Of a DNA stretch of 64,000 nt, positions 8,625-18,502 are shown in pieces. Position numbers and translations under genes: made by a program. The stretch comes from an uncultured Rhodoferax sp. (GTDB lineage: Bacteria; Pseudomonadota; Gammaproteobacteria; Burkholderiales; Burkholderiaceae_C). The stretch is from NCBI GenBank assembly GCA_964538895.1, contig CAZIGL010000002.1, positions 141,931 to 205,930 on the forward strand. Reading direction: 5' to 3'. The notes under the pieces were generated by a model, which made no database searches, was not told the DNA's origin, and saw only the letters and a list, made by a program, of their open reading frames with translations. The stretch's first letter is position 1. The number at the start of each line of letters is the position of its first letter.

Positions 8625-9989
8625 TTATGTCGGCCAGGTCGAGCCGTGCTCGGGCACAATGGCACGCCAGCCCAGTTCGTGCTTGATGCGGCTGCGCAAC
8701 ATATCGGCAGGGCCGGCATCCCCATGCACCACATAGACCTGATCAGGCGGCTGGGGCATGGTGCGCAGCCAGCCCAGCAACTGGTTGGCATCGGCATGGG
8801 CCGAGGCAGAAACGAGTTGCACCACTTCGGCATTGACCTCCACGTCGCGCCCGTGGATGCGCACCGTCTTGGCGCCACTGGCCAACGTGGCGCCGCGTGT
8901 GCCGGGCGCCTGGTAGCCGGTCAGGATGATCATGTTGCGGTGGTTGCCGGCATAGTGCGCCAGGTGGTGCAGCACGCGCCCGCCGGTGGCCATGCCGCTG
9001 GCCGACAAAATGACCATCGGGCCGTGGCGGCTCGCCAGAGCTTTCGATTCGTCGGTGCTGTTGACCATGGTGGCATTGCGCGTCAGGGCGCGCGTGTCCT
9101 GGTGGCTCAGGCGGTGCTCGCCCGGGTGGTCTTCAAACAAATGGGTGGTGTGCACCGCCATCGGGCTGTCCAGAAAAACCGGCAATGAGGTCGGCAGTTC
9201 ACCCTTCATCTTGAGCAGGTGAATGGCGTGCAACAAAGCCTGGGCCCGGCCCACGGCAAACACCGGCACCACCGCCACCCCGCCGCGTTTGGCGACACGC
9301 TGCAGGGCGGGTGCCAGCTCGGCTGGAATGTCTTCCTTGGGGTGGATGCTGTCGCCATAGGTGGACTCGATCAGCACGGTGTCGGCCTGCGGCGCATCGT
9401 CGGGCGGACTCATGACGAGGTCATCGGGGCGGCCCAGGTCGCCCGAGAACAAAATGCGCCTGCCCGCCACTTCGAGCAGGATGCTGGACGCGCCCAAAAT
9501 ATGCCCGGCGGAACTGTAGCTGGCCTTCCAGCCCGGCATGAGGTTGATGGTTTTGTCAAACTCGACCGCCTTGAGCAAGTGCAGGGCGTTCAGCGCGTCT
9601 TGCCGGGTGTACAGCGGCAGGGCCGGTGCGTGTTTGGAAAAGCCATGCCGGTTGGCAAACGCCGCGTCTTCTTCCTGGATGTGACCACTGTCGGGCCACA
9701 AAATACGGCACAGGTCGCGCGTGCCGCGGCTGGCATACACGTGGCCGGAGAAGCCTTCCTTGGCCAACAGCGGAAGGTAGCCGCTGTGGTCCAGGTGGGC
9801 GTGTGTCAGTAACACCGCATGGATCTGGTCAGGCGGCACCGGTAACGGGTTCCAGTTGCGCAGACGCAATTGCTTGTAGCCCTGAAACAGGCCACAGTCC
9901 ACCAGCAGGCGTTTGCCGTCGTGCTGCACCAGGTACTTGGAGCCGGTCACGGTGCTGGCCCCGCCCAGGAAGGTAATGGTGACACTCAT
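8625..9989 (-). CDS. MBL-fold metallo-hydrolase with beta-CASP / RNA-specificity domain
   Basis: ORF 8625..10040. ATG at 9989 gives MSVTITFLGGASTVTGSKYLV. Also has the HAHLDHSG motif and C-terminal SAHAD. Confidence 0.85.
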   Translation of the reverse strand: MSVTITFLGGASTVTGSKYLVQHDGKRLLVDCGLFQGYKQLRLRNWNPLPVPPDQIHAVLLTHAHLDHSGYLPLLAKEGFSGHVYASRGTRDLCRILWPDSGHIQEEDAAFANRHGFSKHAPALPLYTRQDALNALHLLKAVEFDKTINLMPGWKASYSSAGHILGASSILLEVAGRRILFSGDLGRPDDLVMSPPDDAPQADTVLIESTYGDSIHPKEDIPAELAPALQRVAKRGGVAVVPVFAVGRAQALLHAIHLLKMKGELPTSLPVFLDSPMAVHTTHLFEDHPGEHRLSHQDTRALTRNATMVNSTDESKALASRHGPMVILSASGMATGGRVLHHLAHYAGNHRNMIILTGYQAPGTRGATLASGAKTVRIHGRDVEVNAEVVQLVSASAHADANQLLGWLRTMPQPPDQVYVVHGDAGPADMLRSRIKHELGWRAIVPEHGSTWPT

Positions 9990-10013
9990 GTTGATGTCTC
10001 CTCTAAAGTCCAA

Positions 10014-10050
10014 TAAAAAAGCCACGCCGTTGCAACGCAACAGCGTGGCT
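10014..10050 (-). terminator. rho-independent terminator after dnaJ
   Basis: Stem AGCCACGC/GCGTGGCT with an inner CGTTG/CAACG stem. It is followed by T6 on the minus strand. Confidence 0.65.
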
Positions 10051-10089
10051 TGATTTTGGACTTTTTAAAGTTCAGGCAGGCGACAAATA

Positions 10090-11223
10090 TCAACTAAAAA
10101 AGTTTTTCAAGCGATCGGTCCAGGTGTCGCCGCTGGGAGAGTGCTTGCTGCCGTCCTTTTTGAAGGATTCGTCAAGTTCGCGCATCAGCTTGCGCTGGTG
10201 TTCGGTCAGTTTGACGGGTGTTTCAACCAGAATGTGGCAATACAGGTCGCCAGGGTAATTGGAGCGCACGCCCTTGATGCCTTTGCCGCGCAGGCGGAAC
10301 TGCTTGCCGGTTTGCGTACCTTCCGGGATGTCGATGGCCGCCTTGCCTTCAAGGGTGGGTACATCAATCTCACCACCCAAGGTGGCGGTGATGATGCTGA
10401 TGGGTACCGAGCAGTGCAGGTCGTCGCCGTCGCGCTCGAAAATATCGTGTTTTTTCAGGCGGATTTCAATGTACAGGTCACCCGGTGGCCCGCCGTTGGT
10501 GCCTGGCTCGCCGTTGCCCGCGCTGCGGATGCGCATGCCGCCGTCGATGCCCACGGGAATCTTGACCTCAAGGGTTTTCTGCTTCTTGATCTTGCCCTGG
10601 CCATGGCAAGCGGTGCAAGGTTCGGGAATGATCTTGCCGGCGCCACGGCAGGTGGGGCAGGTTTGCTGCACACTGAAAAAGCCCTGGCGCATTTGCACCG
10701 CGCCAGAGCCACCACAGGTACCGCAGGTTTTGGCCTGGGTGCCGGGCTTGGCACCGCTGCCGTGGCAGGTGTCACAGCTGTCCCAACTGGGGATGCGGAT
10801 CTGTGCGTCCTTGCCCTTGGCGGCTTCCTCCAGCGTGACTTCCATGGCGTAGCTCAGGTCACCGCCGCGGTAAACCTGACGGCCACCGGCACGCCCCCCC
10901 CGTTGCTGGCCGAACATGTCGCCAAAGATGTCGCCAAAGGCCTCGGCAAAACCGCCATAGGCCTCGCCGCCGGCGCCACCGCGCATGTTCGGGTCGACCC
11001 CGGCAAAGCCATGCTGGTCGTAGGCCGCGCGTTTTTGCGGGTCCGACAGCATCTCATAAGCTTCCTTGGATTCCTTGAATTTTTCTTCGGCTGCTTTCGC
11101 CGCATCACCCTGGTTGCGGTCAGGGTGGTGCTTCATCGCGTGCTTGCGATAGGCCTTCTTGATTTCTTCGTCCGAGGCGTTCTTGGGAACACCCAGCACT
11201 TCGTAGTAATCTCTTTTGGACAT
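10090..11223 (-). CDS. dnaJ: molecular chaperone DnaJ
   Basis: J domain with HPD, a G/F region, and four CxxCxGxG zinc motifs. Confidence 0.97.
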   Translation of the reverse strand: MSKRDYYEVLGVPKNASDEEIKKAYRKHAMKHHPDRNQGDAAKAAEEKFKESKEAYEMLSDPQKRAAYDQHGFAGVDPNMRGGAGGEAYGGFAEAFGDIFGDMFGQQRGGRAGGRQVYRGGDLSYAMEVTLEEAAKGKDAQIRIPSWDSCDTCHGSGAKPGTQAKTCGTCGGSGAVQMRQGFFSVQQTCPTCRGAGKIIPEPCTACHGQGKIKKQKTLEVKIPVGIDGGMRIRSAGNGEPGTNGGPPGDLYIEIRLKKHDIFERDGDDLHCSVPISIITATLGGEIDVPTLEGKAAIDIPEGTQTGKQFRLRGKGIKGVRSNYPGDLYCHILVETPVKLTEHQRKLMRELDESFKKDGSKHSPSGDTWTDRLKNFFS

Positions 11224-11322
11224 GGTCTGGTCTTGCCTGATGTCAATGCAAACGCCGCGGTGAACTTTTCAGGTTCAGCGCGGCGCCCACCAACGGTTTA
11301 AAAACAGTGTGAAAACAAGCGC

Positions 11323-13257
11323 TTAAGGCTTCTTGACTTCTTTCACTTCGGCGTCCACCACATTGTCGTCGGCCTGGGCCGCACCGCCTTGACCGGCATC
11401 ACCCGGCTGGGCACCTTCAGCCGCCTGCTTGGCCTGCATGTCAGCGTACATTTTCTCGCCAAGCTTCTGGCTCACCGTCATCAGGGCGGCGCTCTTTTCG
11501 TCGATGGCGGCCTTGTCGTCGGATTTAAGCGCGTCCTCGAGCTGCTTGATGGCGTCTTCGATGCTGGTTTTTTCAGCGGCGTCGATCTTGTCACCGTACT
11601 CGGCCAGGCTCTTCTTGACGCTGTGCAGGCTGGCATCGGCCTGGTTTTTGGCTTGCACCAGTTCCAGTTTTTTCTTGTCGTCGGCCGAGTTGAGTTCAGC
11701 ATCCTTGACCATTTGCTGGATTTCAGCCTCGGTCAGACCAGTGTTGGCCTTGATGGTGATCTTGTTCTCTTTGCCTGTGCCTTTGTCCTTGGCGCCCACG
11801 TGCAAAATGCCGTTGGCGTCGATGTCAAAGGACACTTCAATTTGCGGCGTGCCGCGTGAAGCCGGCGGAATGCCTTCCAGGTTGAACTCGCCGAGCAGCT
11901 TGTTGCCGGCAGCGATTTCGCGCTCGCCCTGGAACACCTTGATGGTCACGGCCGGTTGGTTGTCGTCGGCGGTCGAGAAAGTCTGGGCAAACTTGGTCGG
12001 GATCGTGGTGTTTTTGGTGATCATCTTGGTCATGACGCCACCCAGGGTTTCAATGCCCAGGCTCAACGGCGTCACGTCAAGCAGCAGCACGTCCTTGCGG
12101 TCGCCAGACAACACCTGACCCTGGATGGCCGCACCCACAGCCACGGCTTCGTCCGGGTTGACGTCTTTGCGCGGCTCCTTGCCAAACAGTTCCTTGACCT
12201 TTTCCTGCACCTTGGGCATGCGGGTCATGCCACCGACCAGAATCACGTCGTTGATGTCGGAGGCGCTGACACCGGCGTCCTTCAGGGCGGTGCGGCAGGG
12301 GGCGATGGTGCGCTCGATCAGCTCTTCGACCAGGCTTTCCAGCTTGGCGCGGGTGAGCTTGATGTTCAGGTGTTTCGGGCCCGAGGCATCGGCGGTCACG
12401 TAGGGCAGGTTGATGTCGGTTTGCGAGCTGCTGGAGAGTTCGATCTTGGCTTTTTCAGCGGCTTCTTTCAGGCGCTGCAGGGCCAGCACGTCCTTGGTCA
12501 GGTCAACGCCTTGCTCTTTCTTGAACTCGGCCACGATGTAATCGATGATGCGCTGGTCAAAGTCTTCGCCACCCAGGAAGGTGTCGCCGTTGGTGGACAG
12601 CACTTCGAACTGCTTTTCGCCATCGACATCGGCGATCTCGATGATCGACACGTCAAAGGTGCCGCCACCCAGGTCGTACACCGCAATTTTGCGGTCGCCT
12701 TTTTCGTTCTTGTCCATGCCAAAGGCCAACGCTGCGGCAGTGGGCTCATTGATGATGCGCTTGACATCGAGGCCGGCAATGCGGCCAGCGTCCTTGGTGG
12801 CTTGGCGCTGGGCGTCATTGAAATAGGCGGGCACGGTAATGACCGCATCGGTCACGGTTTCGCCAAGGTAGTCTTCGGCCGTTTTCTTCATCTTGCGCAG
12901 AATGTCGGCGCTGACCTGCTGCGGTGCCATGCGGGTGCCACGCACTTCGACCCAGGCATCGCCGTTGTCGGCAGCGGCAATCTTGTAGGGCATCAGGTCG
13001 ATGTCCTTTTGCACTTCTTTTTCAGCAAACTTTCGGCCGATGAGGCGTTTCACCGCGTACAAGGTGTTTCTGGGGTTGGTGACCGACTGGCGCTTGGCAG
13101 ATGCGCCCACCAGCACTTCGCCGTCTTCCTGATAGGCAATGATGGACGGCGTGGTGCGTGCACCCTCGGCGTTTTCGATGACTTTGGCCGTGTTGCCCTC
13201 CATGACGGCAACGCAGCTGTTGGTGGTGCCCAAGTCAATACCAATGATTCTTCCCAT
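11323..13257 (-). CDS. dnaK: molecular chaperone DnaK (Hsp70)
   Basis: [18 protein letters not shown]... full-length Hsp70. Confidence 0.98.
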   Translation of the reverse strand: MGRIIGIDLGTTNSCVAVMEGNTAKVIENAEGARTTPSIIAYQEDGEVLVGASAKRQSVTNPRNTLYAVKRLIGRKFAEKEVQKDIDLMPYKIAAADNGDAWVEVRGTRMAPQQVSADILRKMKKTAEDYLGETVTDAVITVPAYFNDAQRQATKDAGRIAGLDVKRIINEPTAAALAFGMDKNEKGDRKIAVYDLGGGTFDVSIIEIADVDGEKQFEVLSTNGDTFLGGEDFDQRIIDYIVAEFKKEQGVDLTKDVLALQRLKEAAEKAKIELSSSSQTDINLPYVTADASGPKHLNIKLTRAKLESLVEELIERTIAPCRTALKDAGVSASDINDVILVGGMTRMPKVQEKVKELFGKEPRKDVNPDEAVAVGAAIQGQVLSGDRKDVLLLDVTPLSLGIETLGGVMTKMITKNTTIPTKFAQTFSTADDNQPAVTIKVFQGEREIAAGNKLLGEFNLEGIPPASRGTPQIEVSFDIDANGILHVGAKDKGTGKENKITIKANTGLTEAEIQQMVKDAELNSADDKKKLELVQAKNQADASLHSVKKSLAEYGDKIDAAEKTSIEDAIKQLEDALKSDDKAAIDEKSAALMTVSQKLGEKMYADMQAKQAAEGAQPGDAGQGGAAQADDNVVDAEVKEVKKP

Positions 13258-13344
13258 GATGATTCCTTAAATGTGTTGGGGCAGATGCCAGGCCGTTACG
13301 CAACCTGTACAAGCGCCGGTGAGGGTTTTAAATTCGGATGTGGC

Positions 13345-13374
13345 TAAGGTGTGGCTGCCGGCTGCTATTTCAAG
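13345..13374 (-). promoter_or_regulatory. sigma32-type heat-shock promoter of dnaK
   Basis: Minus strand reads CTTGAAA-13 nt-CCACACCTTA, against the consensus CTTGAAA N13-14 CCCCATNT. Confidence 0.6.
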
Positions 13375-13387
13375 CCGACCAGTCGTT

Positions 13388-13966
13388 TTATTTTCCAGCG
13401 GCCACGGTCACCAGCGCCGGGCGCAGCACGCGCTCGGAGATCAGGTAGCCTTTTTGCAGCACCGAGACCACCGTATTGGCTTCTTGCTCGCAAGGCACCA
13501 CGCTGATGGCCTGGTGCTGGTGCGGGTCGAACTTGTCGCCCGCTGCGGGGTTGATGGCAATGATCTTGTTGCGCTCCAGCGCAGAGACCAGCTGGCGCAG
13601 TGTGGCCTGTGAGCCTTCGCGCAATTGCTCCAGCGTGGCGTCCTTGATGGCCAGACCTGCTTCCAGGCTGTCGACCACCGGCAGCAGGCTGTCGGCAAAT
13701 GATTCGAGCGCGAACCTGCGCGCCTTGGACACATCATCCTCGGCGCGGCGGCGGGCGTTTTCGGTGTCGGCTTTGGCGCGCAAATATTGATCGGCCAGCT
13801 CGTGGTTTTTGGCTTGCAGCGAGACCACTTCGGCCTGGCAACTGGCCAGCGTTTGCACTTCCAGTTCGGGCAGGGCGCAATCGGTGTGGGCAGCGTCAGC
13901 GGGCGCGTTGGCTGGGTCGGCAGCGGTGTACTGCGGGTCGGTCGGGGGGGTGCTGGGATGGGTCAT
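13388..13966 (-). CDS. grpE: nucleotide exchange factor GrpE
   Basis: [17 protein letters not shown]...LLPVVDSLE... GrpE signature region. Located upstream of dnaK. Confidence 0.95.
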   Translation of the reverse strand: MTHPSTPPTDPQYTAADPANAPADAAHTDCALPELEVQTLASCQAEVVSLQAKNHELADQYLRAKADTENARRRAEDDVSKARRFALESFADSLLPVVDSLEAGLAIKDATLEQLREGSQATLRQLVSALERNKIIAINPAAGDKFDPHQHQAISVVPCEQEANTVVSVLQKGYLISERVLRPALVTVAAGK

Positions 13967-14000
13967 GCAGTGGAATGGTTGTTAACAACAGAAGTCGCTA

Positions 14001-14027
14001 ACTTGGGGTAAAAGCTGTATTTACAAG
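14001..14027 (-). promoter_or_regulatory. sigma32-type heat-shock promoter of grpE
   Basis: Minus strand reads CTTGTAA-12 nt-CCCCAAGT. Confidence 0.55.
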
Positions 14028-14065
14028 AGCCCAAGGGCTAAAAAATTTGGCGAACCTGTGCAGCA

Positions 14066-14093
14066 GAAAAAAAAGCGGGCTAAAAGGCCCGCT
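14066..14093 (-). terminator. rho-independent terminator after the FKBP gene
   Basis: Minus strand reads AGCGGGC-CTTTTA-GCCCGCT followed by T8. Confidence 0.8.
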
Positions 14094-14131
14094 GGTTCAT
14101 TTTGGCAGCCCGGGCGCCTGATGGCCAGGGT

Positions 14132-14482
14132 TTAAGCCAGGTTGAGCAGCTCAACGTCAAACTTCAGGGTGGCATTGGCCGGAATCACGCCGCCGGCACC
14201 GCGCGCACCATAACCCAGCTCGGGCGGGATGATGAGGGTGCGCGCACCGCCCACTTGCATACCGGCCACGCCTTCGTCCCAGCCCTTGATCACCATGCCA
14301 GCGCCCAGGCGGAACACGAATGGATCGCGTCGGTCTTTGCTGGAGTCAAATTTGGCACCCTGTTGGCCGTCCTGGTAGAGCCAGCCGGTGTAATGCACTG
14401 TGACGTTTTGGCCGGCAGTGGCCACAGCGCCGCTGCCCAAGATGGTGTCTTCGAAAATAAGGCCGGAAGCAGTTGTTGTCAT
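14132..14482 (-). CDS. FKBP-type peptidyl-prolyl cis-trans isomerase
   Basis: ORF 14132..14551. Internal ATG 14482 gives MTTTASGLIFEDT...VHYTGWL..GKFDSS...GWDEG..GM. The 117-aa size is typical. Confidence 0.9.
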   Translation of the reverse strand: MTTTASGLIFEDTILGSGAVATAGQNVTVHYTGWLYQDGQQGAKFDSSKDRRDPFVFRLGAGMVIKGWDEGVAGMQVGGARTLIIPPELGYGARGAGGVIPANATLKFDVELLNLA

Positions 14483-14517
14483 ATGAGAATAGTGGTTGGG
14501 GGGTTGAAAGAAATGTT

Positions 14518-14829
14518 TTACGCCTGCGCTGGCGTCAGGCTGCTGACCCATTTGTTGGCAAATGCGGACAGATCACCCATGCGCTTGAGCAAGTTCAGGC
14601 CCATGGGCGTGATCAGATAGCCATCGCTGCCGTGGTCGATAAAGCCCGCCGCGCGCAATTCCTTGATACGGGTGTTGAGGGTGTTGGGGGTGATGCGTCC
14701 GACGCTGTCTTGCAAAATACGAAAAGTCTGCGGGTGACCGTCTTTGAGCGCCCACAGCACCCGGATGGCGTAGCGTGACTCCAGCAAACTCAGGAGTTGA
14801 CCGATGGCTGCATTGTTTTTTAAGGTCAT
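14518..14829 (-). CDS. winged-helix (HxlR-like) transcriptional regulator
   Basis: MTLKNNAAIGQLLSLLESRYAIRVLWALKDGHPQTFRILQDSVGRITPNTLNTRIKELRAAGFI. Confidence 0.6.
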   Translation of the reverse strand: MTLKNNAAIGQLLSLLESRYAIRVLWALKDGHPQTFRILQDSVGRITPNTLNTRIKELRAAGFIDHGSDGYLITPMGLNLLKRMGDLSAFANKWVSSLTPAQA

Positions 14830-14950
14830 GAAACGCGTCTCCTGGGGCATCTACGTAAGAAAACCTGAACCGGCTGGTGATGCCTGTTTCAGATGCCAAT
14901 CTGGTGAATTTTTAAACAACAGCGCAGCTTGATTGGCTACATGAGAAATA

Positions 14951-15048
14951 GGTGACGAGCCTGACCCCGGCACTGGCTCCACAGTTAGGGCTGCTTGGTT
15001 CCCCACCTGACCCGGTTGGCCGCTTTACCATGCGGGAAGGCCCGTCGA
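14951..15048 (-). ncRNA. ffs: signal recognition particle RNA (4.5S, small bacterial type)
   Basis: Minus strand reads ...CCCGCAUGGUAAAGCGGCCAACCGGGUCAGGUGGGGAACCAAGCAGCCCUAACUGUGGAGCCAGUGCCGGGGUCAGGCUCGUC. This aligns with the E. coli 4.5S domain IV (GGUCAGGUCCGGAAGGAAGCAGCC). The GGAA tetraloop is kept, with a compensatory CC/GG to GG/CC swap. The termini GACGGGCCU and AGGCUCGUC pair. Ends are good to about 5 nt. Confidence 0.85.
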
Positions 15049-15064
15049 GTGGAATTGTAAAGCC

Positions 15065-15403
15065 TTAAGCCTCGGTCAGATCTTTGGTGGGGGCTTGCGG
15101 CGCGTTGCTCTTGACGGACGCAATGCCGTTGTCGCGGGCTGCTTCAGTGGTGTACATCTCGCTGCGGCCAATCACCTGGCCGTTGCCGGCCTTCAGGCTG
15201 AAATAAGGCTGGCCCGACGTGGACTCGGCACGCACGAAACGCTCGTCCATGACGGCGTTGGTTTTGCATGATTCAATGCCCTGGGTGGCGGCGGCTTTGG
15301 CTTCGTACATCTGGCTGGTCAGAATCACCTGGCCATTGCCCGCTTTCAGGTTGAACATGAATTTTCCGTTTGTTGATTTGCTGAGTTCAAATTTACCAGC
15401 CAT
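15065..15403 (-). CDS. YegP-family (DUF1508 tandem) protein
   Basis: ORF 15065..15520. ATG 15403 gives MAGKFELSKSTNGKFMFNLKAGNGQVILTSQMY... with a second repeat FSLKAGNGQVIGRSEMY. Confidence 0.8.
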   Translation of the reverse strand: MAGKFELSKSTNGKFMFNLKAGNGQVILTSQMYEAKAAATQGIESCKTNAVMDERFVRAESTSGQPYFSLKAGNGQVIGRSEMYTTEAARDNGIASVKSNAPQAPTKDLTEA

Positions 15404-15513
15404 GATTTTTTCCTTCAGGGGTGTCAAATGGGTTGAAAGCGCCGGGCGGGTATTTGACAAAACCTCCCGGCAAAATAACTTTACCGTTTTTTTTGGGCAT
15501 TTAGAATCAGGAA

Positions 15514-17391
15514 ATGTCATATCTAGTGCTCGCCCGTAAATACCGCCCCCGAAATTTTACTGAAATGGTGGGCCAGGACCACGTGGTGCAAGCCCTGACC
15601 AATGCGCTCACCACCCAGCGCCTGCACCATGCCTATCTGTTTACCGGCACGCGCGGCGTCGGCAAGACCACGGTGTCGCGTATTTTGGCCAAGTCGCTCA
15701 ACTGTCAGGGCGCCGACGGGCAGGGCGGCATCACTGCCACGCCTTGTGGGGTTTGCCAGGCCTGCGCAGACATCGACAGCGGCCGTTTTGTTGACTACAC
15801 CGAGCTTGATGCCGCCTCCAATCGTGGCGTGGACGAGGTCCAGGCGCTGCTGGAGCAGGCGGTGTACAAGCCGGTGCAGGGCCGCTTCAAGGTGTTCATG
15901 ATCGACGAGGTTCACATGCTCACCAACACGGCGTTCAACGCCATGCTCAAAACGCTGGAAGAGCCGCCGGAGTATTTGAAGTTTGTGCTTGCCACCACCG
16001 ACCCGCAGAAAGTGCCGGTCACGGTGTTGTCGCGCTGCCTGCAGTTCAATTTGCGGCCCATGGCGCCGGACACCATCCGCGAGCATCTGCAAAAAGTGCT
16101 GCTGACCGAGCAGGTGCAGGCCGACCTGCCGTCCCTGCGCTTGCTGGCGCGCGCCGCGCGCGGCTCCATGCGTGATGCTTTGAGCCTGACCGACCAGGCC
16201 ATTGCCTTTGGCTCAGGTGCTTTGCAGGAAGCCACGGTGCGCCAGATGCTGGGCAGTGTGGATCGCTCCTACGTGTTCCAACTGCTGCAGGCGCTGGCCC
16301 AGGGCGACGGCAAAACGGTGGTCGAGACCTCAGAAGTGTTGCGCACGCATGGCCTGAGCGCGGCCTCCACGCTGGAAGAAATGAGCGGCGTGTTGCAACG
16401 CATGGCGGTGTTGCAGGCCGTGCCCGACAGCGCCCAGGACGACAACGACCCCGAGTTTGCCGAGATCGCGCAACTGGCCGCGCTGATGCCGGCCGATGAA
16501 ACCCAGTTGCTCTACAGCATCTGTCTACACGGCCGGGGTGAACTGGGGTTGGCGCCTGATGAATACGCCGCGCTCACCATGGTGCTGCTGCGCCTGCTGG
16601 CGTTCAAGCCTGCGGCGGCCGATACGGCCACTGGGGAAAAAAAAACACTGAAAATTCCCCCGCGCCCCAGCGCTGAGCCATCGGCTCACGCGCCGAAAAT
16701 TTCGCCAGCGCCAGCGCCAGCACCTGTGAATGCTCCGCTTGTCGCGCCCGTGCCGGCGATAACGCCGGTCACCAACGCGGTGCCCCAGGGGCAGCGACTG
16801 CCGGTACGCGACATGCCGCGCCCGCAAACCCCAAGCCCCGCGCCCGAGCCGACAACTGCACCGGCTGCGGTCCAGGTCTTGCCAGACAGGCCGCCGCAGG
16901 CAGCAAAAATTGAAGCCGTTCAGGTGCACGAGCAGCCAGACCCCCGGCGCGATGTGCCGCTGGAGCGCGCGGCAGCTGCGGTGCCTGGCAGCCCAGACGG
17001 TGATTTCTGGTATGCCACGGTGCAGACTCTGGTTGCCTCGGAGGCCATCACAGCCATGGTGCGCGAGCTGGCCTTGCAGGCACAACTGGTGGCGCGTGAC
17101 AGCGACCAATGGTTGCTGCGTGTTGAGCGCGAGTCGCTCAACCAGCCGGGCAGCCGGGAACGCCTGGCGGCGGCCCTTGCCACGGCGGGTTATCCGGTCA
17201 GCCTGGTGGCAGAGGTAGGGCGTGTGACCGACAGTCCGGCCAAGCGCAATGCGGCAGCTGCAGCACAAGCCCAGCTGGCGGCTGAAAAAATCGTGTTTGA
17301 TGATCCGCTGGTGCAATCGCTGATGCGTGATTTTGGGGCGAAAATCGTGCCTGGCAGTATCAAGCCGGGTGAAGTCCGTTCACCTCCCTGA
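15514..17391 (+). CDS. dnaX: DNA polymerase III subunit tau (and possibly gamma)
   Basis: MSYLVLARKYRPRNF...GTRGVGKTT with a Zn module CGVCQAC, a Pro/Ala linker and a tau C-terminal domain. Confidence 0.97.
   Translation: MSYLVLARKYRPRNFTEMVGQDHVVQALTNALTTQRLHHAYLFTGTRGVGKTTVSRILAKSLNCQGADGQGGITATPCGVCQACADIDSGRFVDYTELDAASNRGVDEVQALLEQAVYKPVQGRFKVFMIDEVHMLTNTAFNAMLKTLEEPPEYLKFVLATTDPQKVPVTVLSRCLQFNLRPMAPDTIREHLQKVLLTEQVQADLPSLRLLARAARGSMRDALSLTDQAIAFGSGALQEATVRQMLGSVDRSYVFQLLQALAQGDGKTVVETSEVLRTHGLSAASTLEEMSGVLQRMAVLQAVPDSAQDDNDPEFAEIAQLAALMPADETQLLYSICLHGRGELGLAPDEYAALTMVLLRLLAFKPAAADTATGEKKTLKIPPRPSAEPSAHAPKISPAPAPAPVNAPLVAPVPAITPVTNAVPQGQRLPVRDMPRPQTPSPAPEPTTAPAAVQVLPDRPPQAAKIEAVQVHEQPDPRRDVPLERAAAAVPGSPDGDFWYATVQTLVASEAITAMVRELALQAQLVARDSDQWLLRVERESLNQPGSRERLAAALATAGYPVSLVAEVGRVTDSPAKRNAAAAAQAQLAAEKIVFDDPLVQSLMRDFGAKIVPGSIKPGEVRSPP
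16637..16645 (+). other. A9 homopolymer inside dnaX (candidate slippage/recoding site)
   Basis: GGG GAA AAA AAA ACA in frame 0. The -1 frame stops at 16674-16676 and the +1 frame stops at 16649-16651. Confidence 0.45.
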
Positions 17392-17471
17392 TCCCTTTTT
17401 TGTGCCGGGCGGGCATGGCCTGATACCCGGCATTCTTTCTACTGACGATTTATATTAAACAAGGAAATCCC

Positions 17472-17804
17472 ATGTTCAACAAAGGACAACTCGCCGGTCT
17501 CATGAAGCAGGCGCAAGCCATGCAGGACAACATGAAAAAAGCCCAGGACGAGCTCGGCAGCATCGAAGTCACGGGCGAGTCGGGTGCCGGCCTGGTCAAG
17601 GTCAGCATGACCTGCAAGCACGAGGTGCGCCGTGTCACCATTGACCCCAGCCTGCTGGCCGACGACAAGGACATGCTCGAAGATCTGGTGGCCGCAGCCT
17701 TCAACGCCGCAGTGCGCAAGGCCGAGGAAACCTCGACCGAGAAAATGGGCAAGATCACCGCAAGTATGCCTGGCTTGCCGGGTGGGATGAAGTTCCCGTT
17801 CTAA
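17472..17804 (+). CDS. ybaB: nucleoid-associated protein YbaB/EbfC
   Basis: [28 protein letters not shown]... Conserved dnaX-ybaB-recR synteny. Confidence 0.93.
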   Translation: MFNKGQLAGLMKQAQAMQDNMKKAQDELGSIEVTGESGAGLVKVSMTCKHEVRRVTIDPSLLADDKDMLEDLVAAAFNAAVRKAEETSTEKMGKITASMPGLPGGMKFPF

Positions 17805-18395
17805 ATGGCCGACACCAACGCGCTTGAAACCCTGATCCAGTCGCTAAGGCGGCTACCGGGTGTGGGCGTCAAGTCGGCGCAGCGCATGGCGTTTCATTTG
17901 CTGCAGCACGACCGCGCCGGGGCGCAAACGCTCTCGCTGGCGCTGGCCCATGCAGCACAAGCGGTGCAGCATTGCGAACGCTGCCACACTTTTACCGAAG
18001 CGCAGGTGTGCAGCACTTGTCTGGACACGCGCCGCGATGCCAGCAAACTCTGCGTGGTGGAAACGCCCGCCGATCAGTCGGCGGTGGAGCGCACCGGGGC
18101 TTACAAGGGCCTTTACTTTGTGCTGATGGGCAAACTCAGCCCGCTTGACGGCATTGGTCCGCACGACATCGGTCTGAAAAAACTGTTCGATCGGGCCCAG
18201 GACGGCACCGTGCAAGAGGTCATTTTGGCGACCAACTTCACCGCAGAGGGCGAAGCCACGGCCCATGCCATCAGCGCGGGGCTCAAGGCCCGCGGCTTGC
18301 ACTTGACCCGGCTGGCGCGCGGTGTGCCGGTAGGCAGTGAGCTGGAGTATGTGGATTTGGGCACCATCGCCCACGCCCTGGTTGACCGCCGCTAA
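17805..18395 (+). CDS. recR: recombination protein RecR
   Basis: [24 protein letters not shown], a C4 zinc finger CERCHTF..CSTC, and a Toprim domain. Confidence 0.96.
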   Translation: MADTNALETLIQSLRRLPGVGVKSAQRMAFHLLQHDRAGAQTLSLALAHAAQAVQHCERCHTFTEAQVCSTCLDTRRDASKLCVVETPADQSAVERTGAYKGLYFVLMGKLSPLDGIGPHDIGLKKLFDRAQDGTVQEVILATNFTAEGEATAHAISAGLKARGLHLTRLARGVPVGSELEYVDLGTIAHALVDRR

Positions 18396-18396
18396 T

Positions 18397-18494
18397 TCCA
18401 TTTCCAAATCGTCCGTGTCGTCGTTGCTTCGCCTTGTCGTGCTACAGCACTGCCTGCGGCTTCGCGCCTAGACACAAACGATTTGGAAACGGAA
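18397..18494. repeat. about 100-bp hairpin element (family C) between convergent recR and mltD; probable bidirectional terminator
   Basis: Arms TTCCATTTCCAAATCGTCCGTGTC and GACACAAACGATTTGGAAACGGAA match 20 of 24 as an inverted repeat. There is an inner GTGCTACAGCAC palindrome. Confidence 0.7.
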
Positions 18495-18502
18495 TGGGAG
18501 GT

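Noticed and set aside
11224-11322. Hairpin GCCGCG..CGCGGC in the dnaK-dnaJ spacer
   Set aside because: Probably an ordinary intra-operon attenuator or stabiliser. It has a weak T-tract and nothing distinctive.
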